A DNA stretch of 64,000 bases, from assembly GCA_965232515.1 (NCBI GenBank), contig CBDDPY010000002.1, positions 1,632,001-1,696,000 on the forward strand, read 5' to 3'. The position numbers and the translations under genes were made by a program. Shown one piece after another: positions 9,691 to 18,300 of this stretch; the stretch's first letter is position 1, and each line of letters opens with the position of its first letter. The stretch comes from Alphaproteobacteria bacterium (GTDB lineage: Bacteria > Pseudomonadota > Alphaproteobacteria > GCA-2731375). The notes below the pieces were generated by a model, which was not told where the DNA came from, did not search any database, and saw only the letters and a list, made by a program, of their open reading frames with translations.

Positions 9691-10524
9691 ATGGCGTTGC
9701 GTACGGCACAGATCGAGGCCCACCGACAGCGGATGGCGGACGACGGCTATACCGTGGTCGAAAACGCGATCCCGGCCGGGCTCGTCGCCGACCTGCGGCG
9801 CGCGCTCGACGACATGGAAGCGCGGCGCGGACTGGACTACGCCAAAACCGGCTTCGAGGGCCGCAAGACGCTTCGCATCTACAACCTGCTGGCCCACGGC
9901 GACGTATTCCAGCAGATCCCGATTCATGAGAACACGCTGCCGATCGCCGAGGCTGTGCTGGACGACGGCCTGCAACTCTCGTCGCTGTCCGCGATCGTTC
10001 TCGGCCCCGGCCAGGAGGCCCAGCCGCTGCACGCCGACAGCCAGATGATCCCCCTGCCCCGGCCGCATCCGACGATTTCAGTGAACGTGATGTGGGCACT
10101 GACCGACTTCACCGAAGCGAACGGCGCGACCCGCGTCGTGCCGGGCAGCCACCGGTTCGATCACGCGCCGGCCTATGACGAGACCTACGAGACCGTCGCC
10201 GCCGAGACGCCGGCCGGCAGCGTAATGTTCTTCGACAGCGCGCTGTGGCATGGCGGCGGGGCGAACCGCACGGACGCGCGGCGCTACGGCATCGCCTGCT
10301 ACTACTGCGCCGGTTGGATCCGGCCGCAGGAGAACCAGCAGCTTGGCATTCCGCGCGAACTGACCACGACCTTTCCAAGACGCCTGAAGCAGCTCTGCGG
10401 CTACGGCGTCTACAAGGGCATCTACGGCCACGTCGAGAACCGCGACCCCATTGAGCTGTTGGGCGAGCCGCGTGCCGGGATGATGGTCTGGGAAGCCAGC
10501 GACAAGGCCGCGGCCAAGCGGTAA
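9691..10524 (+). CDS. Phytanoyl-CoA dioxygenase (PhyH) family Fe(II)/2-oxoglutarate dioxygenase
   Basis: QPLHAD (HxD), DFTEANGATRVVPGSH, LWHGGGAN, R.QEN. Confidence 0.9.
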   Translation: MALRTAQIEAHRQRMADDGYTVVENAIPAGLVADLRRALDDMEARRGLDYAKTGFEGRKTLRIYNLLAHGDVFQQIPIHENTLPIAEAVLDDGLQLSSLSAIVLGPGQEAQPLHADSQMIPLPRPHPTISVNVMWALTDFTEANGATRVVPGSHRFDHAPAYDETYETVAAETPAGSVMFFDSALWHGGGANRTDARRYGIACYYCAGWIRPQENQQLGIPRELTTTFPRRLKQLCGYGVYKGIYGHVENRDPIELLGEPRAGMMVWEASDKAAAKR

Positions 10525-10535
10525 CCCCGGCGACG

Positions 10536-11039
10536 TTACTCCCAGCCGACGCAGAACGGCTCGGGCCGCAGGTCTTCCGGATCGCCGTCCGCGTCGGGCG
10601 GCGGGAAACTCTGCTTGAAGCCGAACGCGTACGCCGAGGGGCCGTGCTCGTTGAGATAGGCCAGCCGCTCCAGCCCCTCGTCCACCGTCGGCAACCGTCC
10701 GGCCTCGACCCACCAGAGCACCTGGTAGGCGCCGGTCGGCGGCGCGAACCATTGCCGCCGCTTGGCCATGACGCCGCGATGCGCGGTCTTGTAGACGAAG
10801 GCGAACAGCGACTCGACATCGGTCCAGACAGACATGTTGACGATGAAGCTGGGATCTTCGGTCACCTGGATGTCGGTGGCGTTGCCGGAATCCGACTGCA
10901 GCCGCCAGACGAAACCGGGGCTGTCCTCGGCCAGCGCGTTGATCTCGTCGAGCGCGTCCATGAATTCGGCGACCCTCGGATCGTCCTGCGGGTGAAGCAG
11001 GTTGCCGACGTTCATCTGCGCGATATGCCAATCCGTCAC
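10536..11039 (-). CDS. DUF3291 domain protein (own GGAGGAG RBS and GTG; in frame with the upstream ORF)
   Basis: HIAQMNVG, INALAEDSPGFVWRLQ, NMSVW, VLWWV, HGPSAYAFGFK. Confidence 0.85.
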   Translation of the reverse strand: MTDWHIAQMNVGNLLHPQDDPRVAEFMDALDEINALAEDSPGFVWRLQSDSGNATDIQVTEDPSFIVNMSVWTDVESLFAFVYKTAHRGVMAKRRQWFAPPTGAYQVLWWVEAGRLPTVDEGLERLAYLNEHGPSAYAFGFKQSFPPPDADGDPEDLRPEPFCVGWE

Positions 11040-11756
11040 GGAACGCTCCTCCGATGTTGTGGCGACACTGATTGAAGGCGGTACGACACGCACCGCCGGC
11101 AGATCCCGGCACATGGCCGCGTTGCGATCGGGACGCACGCGGCGATCCGGACGAAACGTCCAGACCGCGAGCACGCCCTGTAGCGCGATCAACACGCCGC
11201 TCGGCAAGCCCGATCCTTCCCAATCGCCGATCGCCAGCCCGAGATGTCCGGACCAGATCACCGCGACGGCGCCCGCCATCGTCAAGATGACGCCGCCGGC
11301 GACAACCGGGACCCGCCATCGATCGACACGGGCTTGCGACCACAGGAGCCGCAGCGTCAGGCCCCCGTGTCCCAGCCCCGCCAGAGCAAGCGCGGACCCG
11401 CCGACCTGCCCGACCCAGCCAATCTCGGGCGCCTGATTGACAATGGCGAGCGTCGCGAGCGCGATCAGTCCGGCCGCGGCAACCACGATGCTGGTCGCGG
11501 CGCGCAGCAAGACATGCGGTTCATCGGCAAATGGCGCTTCGCGTTGCAGACGGTCGACGAGCATATCGGCCGCGCCGAACCGACGAACGGCCTCGCGCGC
11601 CGCCTCCGGTTCGCTCAGACCGGTCTCGGATAGCCCCGCGGCGCTGTCGCGCAGATGCACCTCGACCTCGGCCAGAATGCGGGTCGTCTGCCGATGCGAC
11701 GCCGGCAGCCGTTCGGCGAGCGCCTGAAGGTGAGCGGCGATCGAATCCTGCGTCAT
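10536..11756 (-). CDS. Permease-prefix/HAAS-like domain plus 4 TM helices, reading through in frame into DUF3291
   Basis: ILAEVEVHL...GLSEPEAAREAVRRFG followed by four hydrophobic segments; ATGA overlap with padR; no stop before DUF3291. Confidence 0.65.
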   Translation of the reverse strand: MTQDSIAAHLQALAERLPASHRQTTRILAEVEVHLRDSAAGLSETGLSEPEAAREAVRRFGAADMLVDRLQREAPFADEPHVLLRAATSIVVAAAGLIALATLAIVNQAPEIGWVGQVGGSALALAGLGHGGLTLRLLWSQARVDRWRVPVVAGGVILTMAGAVAVIWSGHLGLAIGDWEGSGLPSGVLIALQGVLAVWTFRPDRRVRPDRNAAMCRDLPAVRVVPPSISVATTSEERSVTDWHIAQMNVGNLLHPQDDPRVAEFMDALDEINALAEDSPGFVWRLQSDSGNATDIQVTEDPSFIVNMSVWTDVESLFAFVYKTAHRGVMAKRRQWFAPPTGAYQVLWWVEAGRLPTVDEGLERLAYLNEHGPSAYAFGFKQSFPPPDADGDPEDLRPEPFCVGWE

Positions 11757-12076
11757 GTCGTCGGCGCCACGATCGCCGTGACGGCGCCGGCGAACTGCCG
11801 CCATTCCTCGGTCTGCTTCGCCATCGCCCGACGTCCCTTGCGGGTTAGCCGATAGACCCGCCGGCGGCGTCCATTAGCCGTCGACCAGCCGCTCGCCAGC
11901 AGCCCCGCCTGTTCAAGGCGGTGCAGCGCCGGGTAGACCGTACCCTCCGGCAGGTCGAACAGGCCATCGCTGCGCCGACGCAACGACTCGATGATCGCGT
12001 AGCCGTGCAGCGGTGCGTCATCGACCGCGGCCAGGATCAGCAGATCGAGATGTCCCTTCAGCGCCTCGCCCTTCAT
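11753..12076 (-). CDS. PadR family transcriptional regulator (short subfamily)
   Basis: LKGHLDLLIL, HGYAI, EGTVYPALHRLE, RRVYRLTRKG. Confidence 0.95.
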   Translation of the reverse strand: MKGEALKGHLDLLILAAVDDAPLHGYAIIESLRRRSDGLFDLPEGTVYPALHRLEQAGLLASGWSTANGRRRRVYRLTRKGRRAMAKQTEEWRQFAGAVTAIVAPTT

Positions 12077-12113
12077 ACCTCGGAAAACTAGGTATAATGC
12101 ACGTGCGCGTCAA
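12075..12113 (-). promoter_or_regulatory. padR promoter with overlapping palindromic operator; probably leaderless
   Basis: Minus strand TTGACG-N17-TAGTTT then 8 nt to the ATG; perfect inverted repeat ATACCT-N9-AGGTAT at 12075-12095 covers the -10 and start codon. Confidence 0.7.
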
Positions 12114-12183
12114 GCGGCTCGATCCAGCGATCATTCCGATCTTTGTGATCGCGGCACATGGTTCTAGGCTGGCTATAACAACC

Positions 12184-13041
12184 ATGGCCGATGCACCTCC
12201 ATTCAATTTCCTCCGGCGACCGCCACAGGCGGCGTTGGCAGGCTTTGTCGACGCCATCTGGTGCGCGACCGGCCGCGTGCCTTATCGCGCAGAACGCATT
12301 CTGCCGAACGGCAAGCCAGTGCTGATCTTCAACCTTGGCGCCCCGTTTCGGATGACGGACGGGACCTGCAGCGCGCCACCAGAGATCCATCGCGACGCCT
12401 GGCTGTGTGGCAACAGGGCCCGATTTCTAGTCAACGAGCCGCTGGCCGAAACCAATGTCATCGGCGTCACGTTCCGCAGCCACGGGGCCGCGGCGTTGCT
12501 GGGCTTGTCGATGCGGGAGATCAGCGGCCGGATGATCGAGGCCGAGGCGGTGCTCGGCGGCAGGCTCGCCGAGGTTCGCGAGCGCCTGTCCGATGCCGTC
12601 GGATCGGATGCGAAGATTGCCGTCGTCGAATCCTTGCTCCTGCGGCTCCGGACGGCGGCGACGCCGCCGCCCCGGATGATCCAATGGGCGACCAGGCGGC
12701 TTGCCGCTGCCGATCCGCCGTCGATTTCGGCCTTGAGCGCCGAGCTCGATGTGAGCCAGAAGCACCTGATCGACCGGTTTCATCATCATGTCGGCCTCGC
12801 CCCAAAGACGCTGCTGCGGATTCATCGCTTCGAACGGGCGCTTGCCGCGTTGAACCGGCCGGGACCGGTCCGCCTGGAGCAAATCGCGCTGGTCTGCGGC
12901 TACTACGACCAGGCGCATTTCAATCGCGACTTCGCCGACTTCAGCGGCATCAATCCGACGGCTTATGCGACGACACGGGCGGCGTTCTTTGCCGACCCAC
13001 ATCAGGCGGACGATACCGGCCTGTTCGTGCCCCTCGATTAA
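12184..13041 (+). CDS. AraC family transcriptional regulator (DUF6597-type N-terminus)
   Basis: ERILPNG, GVTF, HVGLAPK..LRIHRF, GYYDQAHFNRDF. Confidence 0.9.
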   Translation: MADAPPFNFLRRPPQAALAGFVDAIWCATGRVPYRAERILPNGKPVLIFNLGAPFRMTDGTCSAPPEIHRDAWLCGNRARFLVNEPLAETNVIGVTFRSHGAAALLGLSMREISGRMIEAEAVLGGRLAEVRERLSDAVGSDAKIAVVESLLLRLRTAATPPPRMIQWATRRLAAADPPSISALSAELDVSQKHLIDRFHHHVGLAPKTLLRIHRFERALAALNRPGPVRLEQIALVCGYYDQAHFNRDFADFSGINPTAYATTRAAFFADPHQADDTGLFVPLD

Positions 13042-13129
13042 ACGTCGCGCGAGGTAAAATTCGTCCAAGACGGCGATAACGGTCGTCGCTAGCGTGTCCG
13101 GCATCGGCAACGGACATGGGAGGCGCGGC

Positions 13130-13573
13130 ATGGCGCGGGGATTTCGGGCAACGACGAAGATCGACAGACAACAGTCGGATGTCTGGTCCTTCATGACCGA
13201 TCTCGCCAACGCGCCGTCCTGGATGAAAGGCATCGAGCAGATCGCGCCACTCGCAGACGGCGCGATGCGCGCGGGCGTCCGGTTCCGCACGGTCTCGAAC
13301 GCCGGCGGCCGCGGCGTCGCGCGCGAAACCGAGCTGGCGGTCTGGGAGCCGATGACCCGCTTTGCGTTGAAGTCCGAACAGGGCGGAATCTCGGCCGTCT
13401 ATGAGTACCGCTGTACGGCCGAAGGTTGCGGCACCAAGGTCGATCTGCATGCCTGCTGCACGGCGCGGGGACCGGTGTGGCGGCTGCTGCATCCGCTGAT
13501 CGCCTACATGATGCGCCGGCATGACGGCGATCAGCTCGACCGCCTGCGGCGGGTGCTGGAGGCAGGGCGTTAG
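13130..13573 (+). CDS. SRPBCC/polyketide cyclase-like protein
   Basis: IDRQQSDVWSFMTDLANAPSW and C-terminal helix LDRLRRVLE; GGAGG RBS. Confidence 0.8.
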   Translation: MARGFRATTKIDRQQSDVWSFMTDLANAPSWMKGIEQIAPLADGAMRAGVRFRTVSNAGGRGVARETELAVWEPMTRFALKSEQGGISAVYEYRCTAEGCGTKVDLHACCTARGPVWRLLHPLIAYMMRRHDGDQLDRLRRVLEAGR

Positions 13574-13611
13574 CGGAGCGACGCGCGACCTTCCCCGAAT
13601 TCGCGCCGGGA

Positions 13612-14820
13612 TCAGACCTCGCGGCCGAGCAGTGCGTCGTCGAAAGGAAAATTCGACATCAGCTGCCAGCCGGTTTCGGTCACTTCGACCTGCTGTTCCA
13701 GCTTGACGCCCTCGGCGCCGTCGCGGCTGCCGATGAAGCTCTCGAAACTGAGCACCATGCCCGGCTCGACGACGCCGTCATAGCCGGCATCGGGATAGTC
13801 CCTGGCGTAGACGATCAGCGGGTACTCGCCGGTCATGCCGACGCCGTGGGCCAGCAGGTAGTAGCGGTGCAGCTCGTACTTCTCCGGGATCACCCAGCCG
13901 CGCTCCGACAGCTCACGGAAGCCGATGCCGGGCTTCAGCAAATCGAGGTTCGCGTGCACCTGTTCATAGGCGAGGCGATAGAGATTGCGCTGATCGGGCG
14001 TCGGCGCGGCGTCGCCGCAGAGCCAGGTGCGGCTGAAGTCGGCGTAGTAGCCGTGCTGGCCCAGCGTGTCGGTGTCGAGGCAAACCAGCTCTCCGGCCTG
14101 GATGACGCGGTCGCTCGACTCCTGGAACCAGGGATTGGTGCGTGGGCCGGAATTCAGCAGACGGGTTTCGACATAGTCACCGCCGGCGGCGATGACGTGC
14201 CGCCAGAGCTCTGACCAGACTTGATTTTCCGTGACGCCTGGTTCAATGGCATCGCGCAGCGCGGCAACGCCGGCTTCGACCACGGCCACGGAGGCGCGCA
14301 TCATGTCGATCTCGTGCGGCAGCTTGATGGCTCGCGCCCGCTCGACCGGCGCCTGCGCGTCGACGATCTCGTAGCCGCGCGCGGCCAGCGCCAGGGCGGC
14401 GTCGGCATTGAAGCGCTCGAGGCCGACGCGTTTGTTGCCGCCGGCATGCGTCCGGATCAGGTCGTCGATCTCGTCGGTCCAGGCACGCGTCGCATCGGCA
14501 AGGTTCTGCGCCGCCGCAACATAGGACACGGTCTTGGCGATGCGGATTTCGTCAACCGTCTCCAGGTCGGCGACGAGATGGGCGCAGCCCGCGAACTCGA
14601 ACAGCACGACAGGGCCGTCGGCGGCGATGAAAACGTACCGTGCCGGGTTGCGCGCTGTGTAGATCTGCATGTTGCGGGCGTCGGTGGCGTAACGGATGTT
14701 GACGGGATCGACCAGCACCAGGCTGCCGATGTCGCACGCCGTCATCTGCTGCCGCAGGCGCGCGAGACGGCCGCGGCGGACCTTGGAGATCTGCGCCGGG
14801 CCGAGACGTGCCGCGGTCAT
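13612..14820 (-). CDS. M24 metallopeptidase-fold protein, DddP (DMSP lyase)-like
   Basis: DPVNIRYATDARNMQ, ETRLLNSGPRTNPWFQE, DTD...ADFSRTW, HGVG, GVKLEQQV. The position of the DddP catalytic Asp is Gly. Confidence 0.85.
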   Translation of the reverse strand: MTAARLGPAQISKVRRGRLARLRQQMTACDIGSLVLVDPVNIRYATDARNMQIYTARNPARYVFIAADGPVVLFEFAGCAHLVADLETVDEIRIAKTVSYVAAAQNLADATRAWTDEIDDLIRTHAGGNKRVGLERFNADAALALAARGYEIVDAQAPVERARAIKLPHEIDMMRASVAVVEAGVAALRDAIEPGVTENQVWSELWRHVIAAGGDYVETRLLNSGPRTNPWFQESSDRVIQAGELVCLDTDTLGQHGYYADFSRTWLCGDAAPTPDQRNLYRLAYEQVHANLDLLKPGIGFRELSERGWVIPEKYELHRYYLLAHGVGMTGEYPLIVYARDYPDAGYDGVVEPGMVLSFESFIGSRDGAEGVKLEQQVEVTETGWQLMSNFPFDDALLGREV

Positions 14821-14833
14821 GCCGGTCTCGCGG

Positions 14834-15859
14834 TCAGGCTGGCGGCGGCAAGACGCTGTCGGCGATGGCTTGTTCGCCGCGGTGGAGAAGCTCGCAGAAA
14901 CCGTCGCTGTCGATGTTGGAGCCGCAGATGATCAGGCCGACACGCTTGCCGCTGAGCCGCTCGCGCAGCGGGCCGAAGGCGCCGGCCACAGCGGCGGCGG
15001 CGGCCGGCTCGACGGCGAGCTTCATGTCGGCGAACAGCATGGCGATGCCGGCCGTCATCTCGTCGTCGCTGACCAGCACCACGTCATCGAAGTTCCGGCG
15101 GCAGGTCTCGAAGGCGTACGGCGTCGTCATCGGCGGCGCCAGGCTGTCGGCGATGGTCTCGACCTTCTCGAGCGTCTGCGGCGCGCCGGCCTCGATGCTG
15201 CGGCGCATGACGTTCGCGCCCTCGGGTTCGACGCCATAAACGGCACAGCCCGGATGGAGCAGCTTCGCGGCGCTGGCGACGCCGCTCGACAGCCCGCCGC
15301 CGCCGACGGCGACCACAACGGCGTCGAGTTCGCCCGCGTCCTCGAACAGTTCGAGCGAGACGCCGGCCGTCGCCAGCGTCACCGGCGGACCTTCGAAGGG
15401 GTGGATGAAGAAGCGGCCTTCAGTCTCCTCGAGCGCGTGCGCGCGGGCGAACGCCGTCGGCCCGTCCGGCTCGATCAGCACCTCGGCGCCGAAGGCCTCG
15501 GCCGCCGCGATACGGGCCGGGTTGGCGGACGCCAGCATCACCACCTTGGCCTCAGCGCCGACCACCGAAGCGGCGTAGGCCGACGCGATGGCATGGTTGC
15601 CGGCGCTGACCGCGGTGACGCCCGCCGGCCGGTCGGCCAGCAGCAGCCGATTCACAGCACCGCGCGCCTTGAAGGTGCCGGTGCGCTGGAACAGCTCGAG
15701 CTTGAGCACGACCCGGGCGTCGGCACCGAGATAGGACGCGACGCGACGGCCCGTCCAGTCGGCGACCGGTGTGCGCTCCGTGTAGGGCGCAAGCCGGGCA
15801 TGGGTCTCGCGCATGGCCGCCAGCGTTGGCGGTGTGTATTCGAACGCTGTCATGGGCAT
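14834..15859 (-). CDS. PLP-dependent threonine/serine dehydratase family protein
   Basis: KLELFQRTGTFKARGA, SAGNHA, VGGGGLSSG, CGSNID. Confidence 0.92.
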   Translation of the reverse strand: MPMTAFEYTPPTLAAMRETHARLAPYTERTPVADWTGRRVASYLGADARVVLKLELFQRTGTFKARGAVNRLLLADRPAGVTAVSAGNHAIASAYAASVVGAEAKVVMLASANPARIAAAEAFGAEVLIEPDGPTAFARAHALEETEGRFFIHPFEGPPVTLATAGVSLELFEDAGELDAVVVAVGGGGLSSGVASAAKLLHPGCAVYGVEPEGANVMRRSIEAGAPQTLEKVETIADSLAPPMTTPYAFETCRRNFDDVVLVSDDEMTAGIAMLFADMKLAVEPAAAAAVAGAFGPLRERLSGKRVGLIICGSNIDSDGFCELLHRGEQAIADSVLPPPA

Positions 15860-15917
15860 GCACTTTCGGCCGCTTATCGGCGCGCCGTCAAGATGTCCGT
15901 CTACGGATCGACCCGCG

Positions 15918-16751
15918 TCAGGCCGGCTTGCGGCAGAGCACCTCGATGGGTTTCAGGCGGCCTTCGATGACATTGCTGGCGGAGTTGCGTTGCTTCTGTT
16001 GGTAGTCGTCGCCCATGATGATGTGCGCGCCCAGCTTCGGCGGACCTTTGCGGGCGATGCGTTCGCGCTGCGAGTCGTAGAAGGCGAGCATCTTCTCGGT
16101 GTTGTCCAGGCAGGACAGGATCTCGAAGCCGGTCGCCGATAGGCTGCGCACGGTCTCCTCAGCGGTCTCGAGATAGCTGTGCACGCCGTCTGACGACCAG
16201 GGCACGGGATAGGTGACGTTTGCGTCGGGCGTGGCCAACGCCATCTCGGAGAGCGCGAGGAAACCGCCGGGCCGGATCACGCGGAAGGCCTCGGCATGCT
16301 GACGCGTCCGGTCGGCGATATTCATGGACACGTTCTGGCAATAGGCGCCGTCGAAGCTCGCATCCGCGAAGGGCAGATCGAGCGCGCTGCCTTCGCGGAT
16401 CTCGACGCGGTCGGCCAGACCGGCGTTGCGCGTGAACCGCTGGCCGACCTCGCAGAATTCCGGCGTCAAGTCGATGCCGGTCACCCGGCAGCCGAACCGC
16501 TGGGCCATGTAGCGCGCCGGCCCGCCGATGCCGCAGCCGATGTCGAGGATGTGGTCGTCCTTGCCCACCGACAGCGCATCGGCCAGTTGTTCGGTCGCGG
16601 CCAGCCCGCGGGTGTGGAAGTGATCGATCGGCGTCAGGTCGTCCACGCTGGCCTGCTCGATATCGATGCCGGCCTCGGCCAACGCCGCGGCGATCTCCTG
16701 ATATAGGCTGCGACGGCCGTAGTGGGCCGCAACCGCATTGTCGGTGGTCAT
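15918..16751 (-). CDS. Class I SAM-dependent methyltransferase (sarcosine/dimethylglycine MT-like)
   Basis: DHFHTRG, ILDIGCGIGGPAR, VTGIDLT, LPFADASFD, YPVPW; start MTTDNAV. Confidence 0.88.
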   Translation of the reverse strand: MTTDNAVAAHYGRRSLYQEIAAALAEAGIDIEQASVDDLTPIDHFHTRGLAATEQLADALSVGKDDHILDIGCGIGGPARYMAQRFGCRVTGIDLTPEFCEVGQRFTRNAGLADRVEIREGSALDLPFADASFDGAYCQNVSMNIADRTRQHAEAFRVIRPGGFLALSEMALATPDANVTYPVPWSSDGVHSYLETAEETVRSLSATGFEILSCLDNTEKMLAFYDSQRERIARKGPPKLGAHIIMGDDYQQKQRNSASNVIEGRLKPIEVLCRKPA

Positions 16752-16812
16752 GACGATAGACTCCGTTTCGCCGCATTCGAGGCGGCATGTTCCACCGGCC
16801 GCCGCATACGTA

Positions 16813-17577
16813 TCAAGTTCTCGATATGGAGATGCCGCCGTCCACCAGAAAGGCCGCGCCGGTGACGAAGCTGGCGGCGTCCGACGCCAGATGCAGCACC
16901 GAACGCGCGATCTCGTCGGGCGTCGCCGTGCGCTTGAGGGCATGCAGACCCTCGACGTAGGCCTGGATCTCCGGCGTGTTCGCGACGGCACGGCCCATCG
17001 GCGTGTCGGTGCCGCCGGGCAGGATCGCGTTCACGCGAATGCCCTGCGCGCCATGCTCGGCGGCCAGCACCTGGGTCAATCCGATCACGCCCGCCTTGCT
17101 GGCCGCATAGGCGGCCATGCCCGGCATGCCGACGGTGTGGCCGACGAAGGTCGAGGTGAAGATGAGCGAGCCGCCGCCGCGCGCGATCATCGCCGGGATC
17201 TGCCGCCGGGCGCCGAGAAACGCGCTGGTCAGGTTGGTTTCGAGCGTGTCGCGCCAGCCCGCCGGCGACACGTCCATCACCGGCGCCATTTCGCCGAGCG
17301 TCCCGGCGTTGTTGAAGGCGATGTCCAGGCCGCCGAATTCACGCTCCGCCAAATCAACCAGCGCCTCCGCGCAGGCCTGGTCCCGATTGTCGCCGGCGTG
17401 CGCGACCGCGGCACCACCGTCGGCGACGATCTCCGATACCAGCGTATCCAAGACCTGCCTGCGGCGGGCGGACACGACGACCTTCGCGCCTTCGCTGGCG
17501 AACAGCTTCGCCGTCGCCCAGCCGATGCCGGAACTGGCGCCGGTGACGATGGCCACCTTGTCATGCAACATGTTCAT
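16813..17577 (-). CDS. Short-chain dehydrogenase/reductase
   Basis: TGASSGIG, FNNAG, YAASK, IRVNAILPGGTDT. Confidence 0.94.
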   Translation of the reverse strand: MNMLHDKVAIVTGASSGIGWATAKLFASEGAKVVVSARRRQVLDTLVSEIVADGGAAVAHAGDNRDQACAEALVDLAEREFGGLDIAFNNAGTLGEMAPVMDVSPAGWRDTLETNLTSAFLGARRQIPAMIARGGGSLIFTSTFVGHTVGMPGMAAYAASKAGVIGLTQVLAAEHGAQGIRVNAILPGGTDTPMGRAVANTPEIQAYVEGLHALKRTATPDEIARSVLHLASDAASFVTGAAFLVDGGISISRT

Positions 17578-17676
17578 GCTCTGCTCCTGCAAACCGTTGT
17601 CGCCGTGATGGCGTTCGGCGGCAACATTTGCCGGAGCCTGGAAATCGCGGCCACCCGGATCTTGCGCGCGGCACTG

Positions 17677-18072
17677 CTATCGCATCGCCAGGGCCTCGAT
17701 TTCGATCAGCAGCTCGGGAAACGCCAGCCGCGACACGCCGAGCAGCGTCGAGGCCGGCCTGCAACCTGCGGCGCTGAGCCGCGCCATCAGCGGTTCCGAC
17801 TCGGCGAGGAAGCGGTCGACGTCGAGCGTGTAGTAGCGGATCTGCACGATGTCGGCGACGGACCAGCCGGCCTCGCTCAGCACGGTTTCGACGTTGTCGA
17901 AGGCCAGCGCGATCTGGGCGCCCATGTCGTCGGGATGTTGGGGGACGCCGTCCGCATCGTTCGGAGTCTGGCCGGAACACACCAGCAGGCTTCGCGGACC
18001 GACGATCTCGTTCGCCTGTACGAAGCCGTAGCGGTCCTGCCACTGCCATGGATTGACGACAGTTTTGTGCAT
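17677..18072 (-). CDS. RidA/YjgF family protein
   Basis: CSGQT, AQIALAFDNVETVL, PASTLLGVSRLAFPELLIEIEA. Confidence 0.9.
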   Translation of the reverse strand: MHKTVVNPWQWQDRYGFVQANEIVGPRSLLVCSGQTPNDADGVPQHPDDMGAQIALAFDNVETVLSEAGWSVADIVQIRYYTLDVDRFLAESEPLMARLSAAGCRPASTLLGVSRLAFPELLIEIEALAMR

Positions 18073-18300
18073 GGATTTCTCCCGTTGCGAGCGCGCCGGC
18101 AAATCCGGCGGCTGCAGGAGTAAAGACGGCGGACGGGTCGGCGCCGTGACATCGGCCATCGAGCCTTTGTCCGTTACGACAGCGACGGCTGGCCGGCAGG
18201 CCGATGAGCCCCTGAACGGGATCTGGCAACAGAACCTTGCGCCTGCTAGGTCTCTCCACGGTGCACGGCATGACAATGCAAGAAGGTTGAGGTCGGTCTG

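Noticed and set aside
13612-14820. Assigning the symbol dddP
   Set aside because: The proposed catalytic Asp is Gly, so function cannot be transferred.
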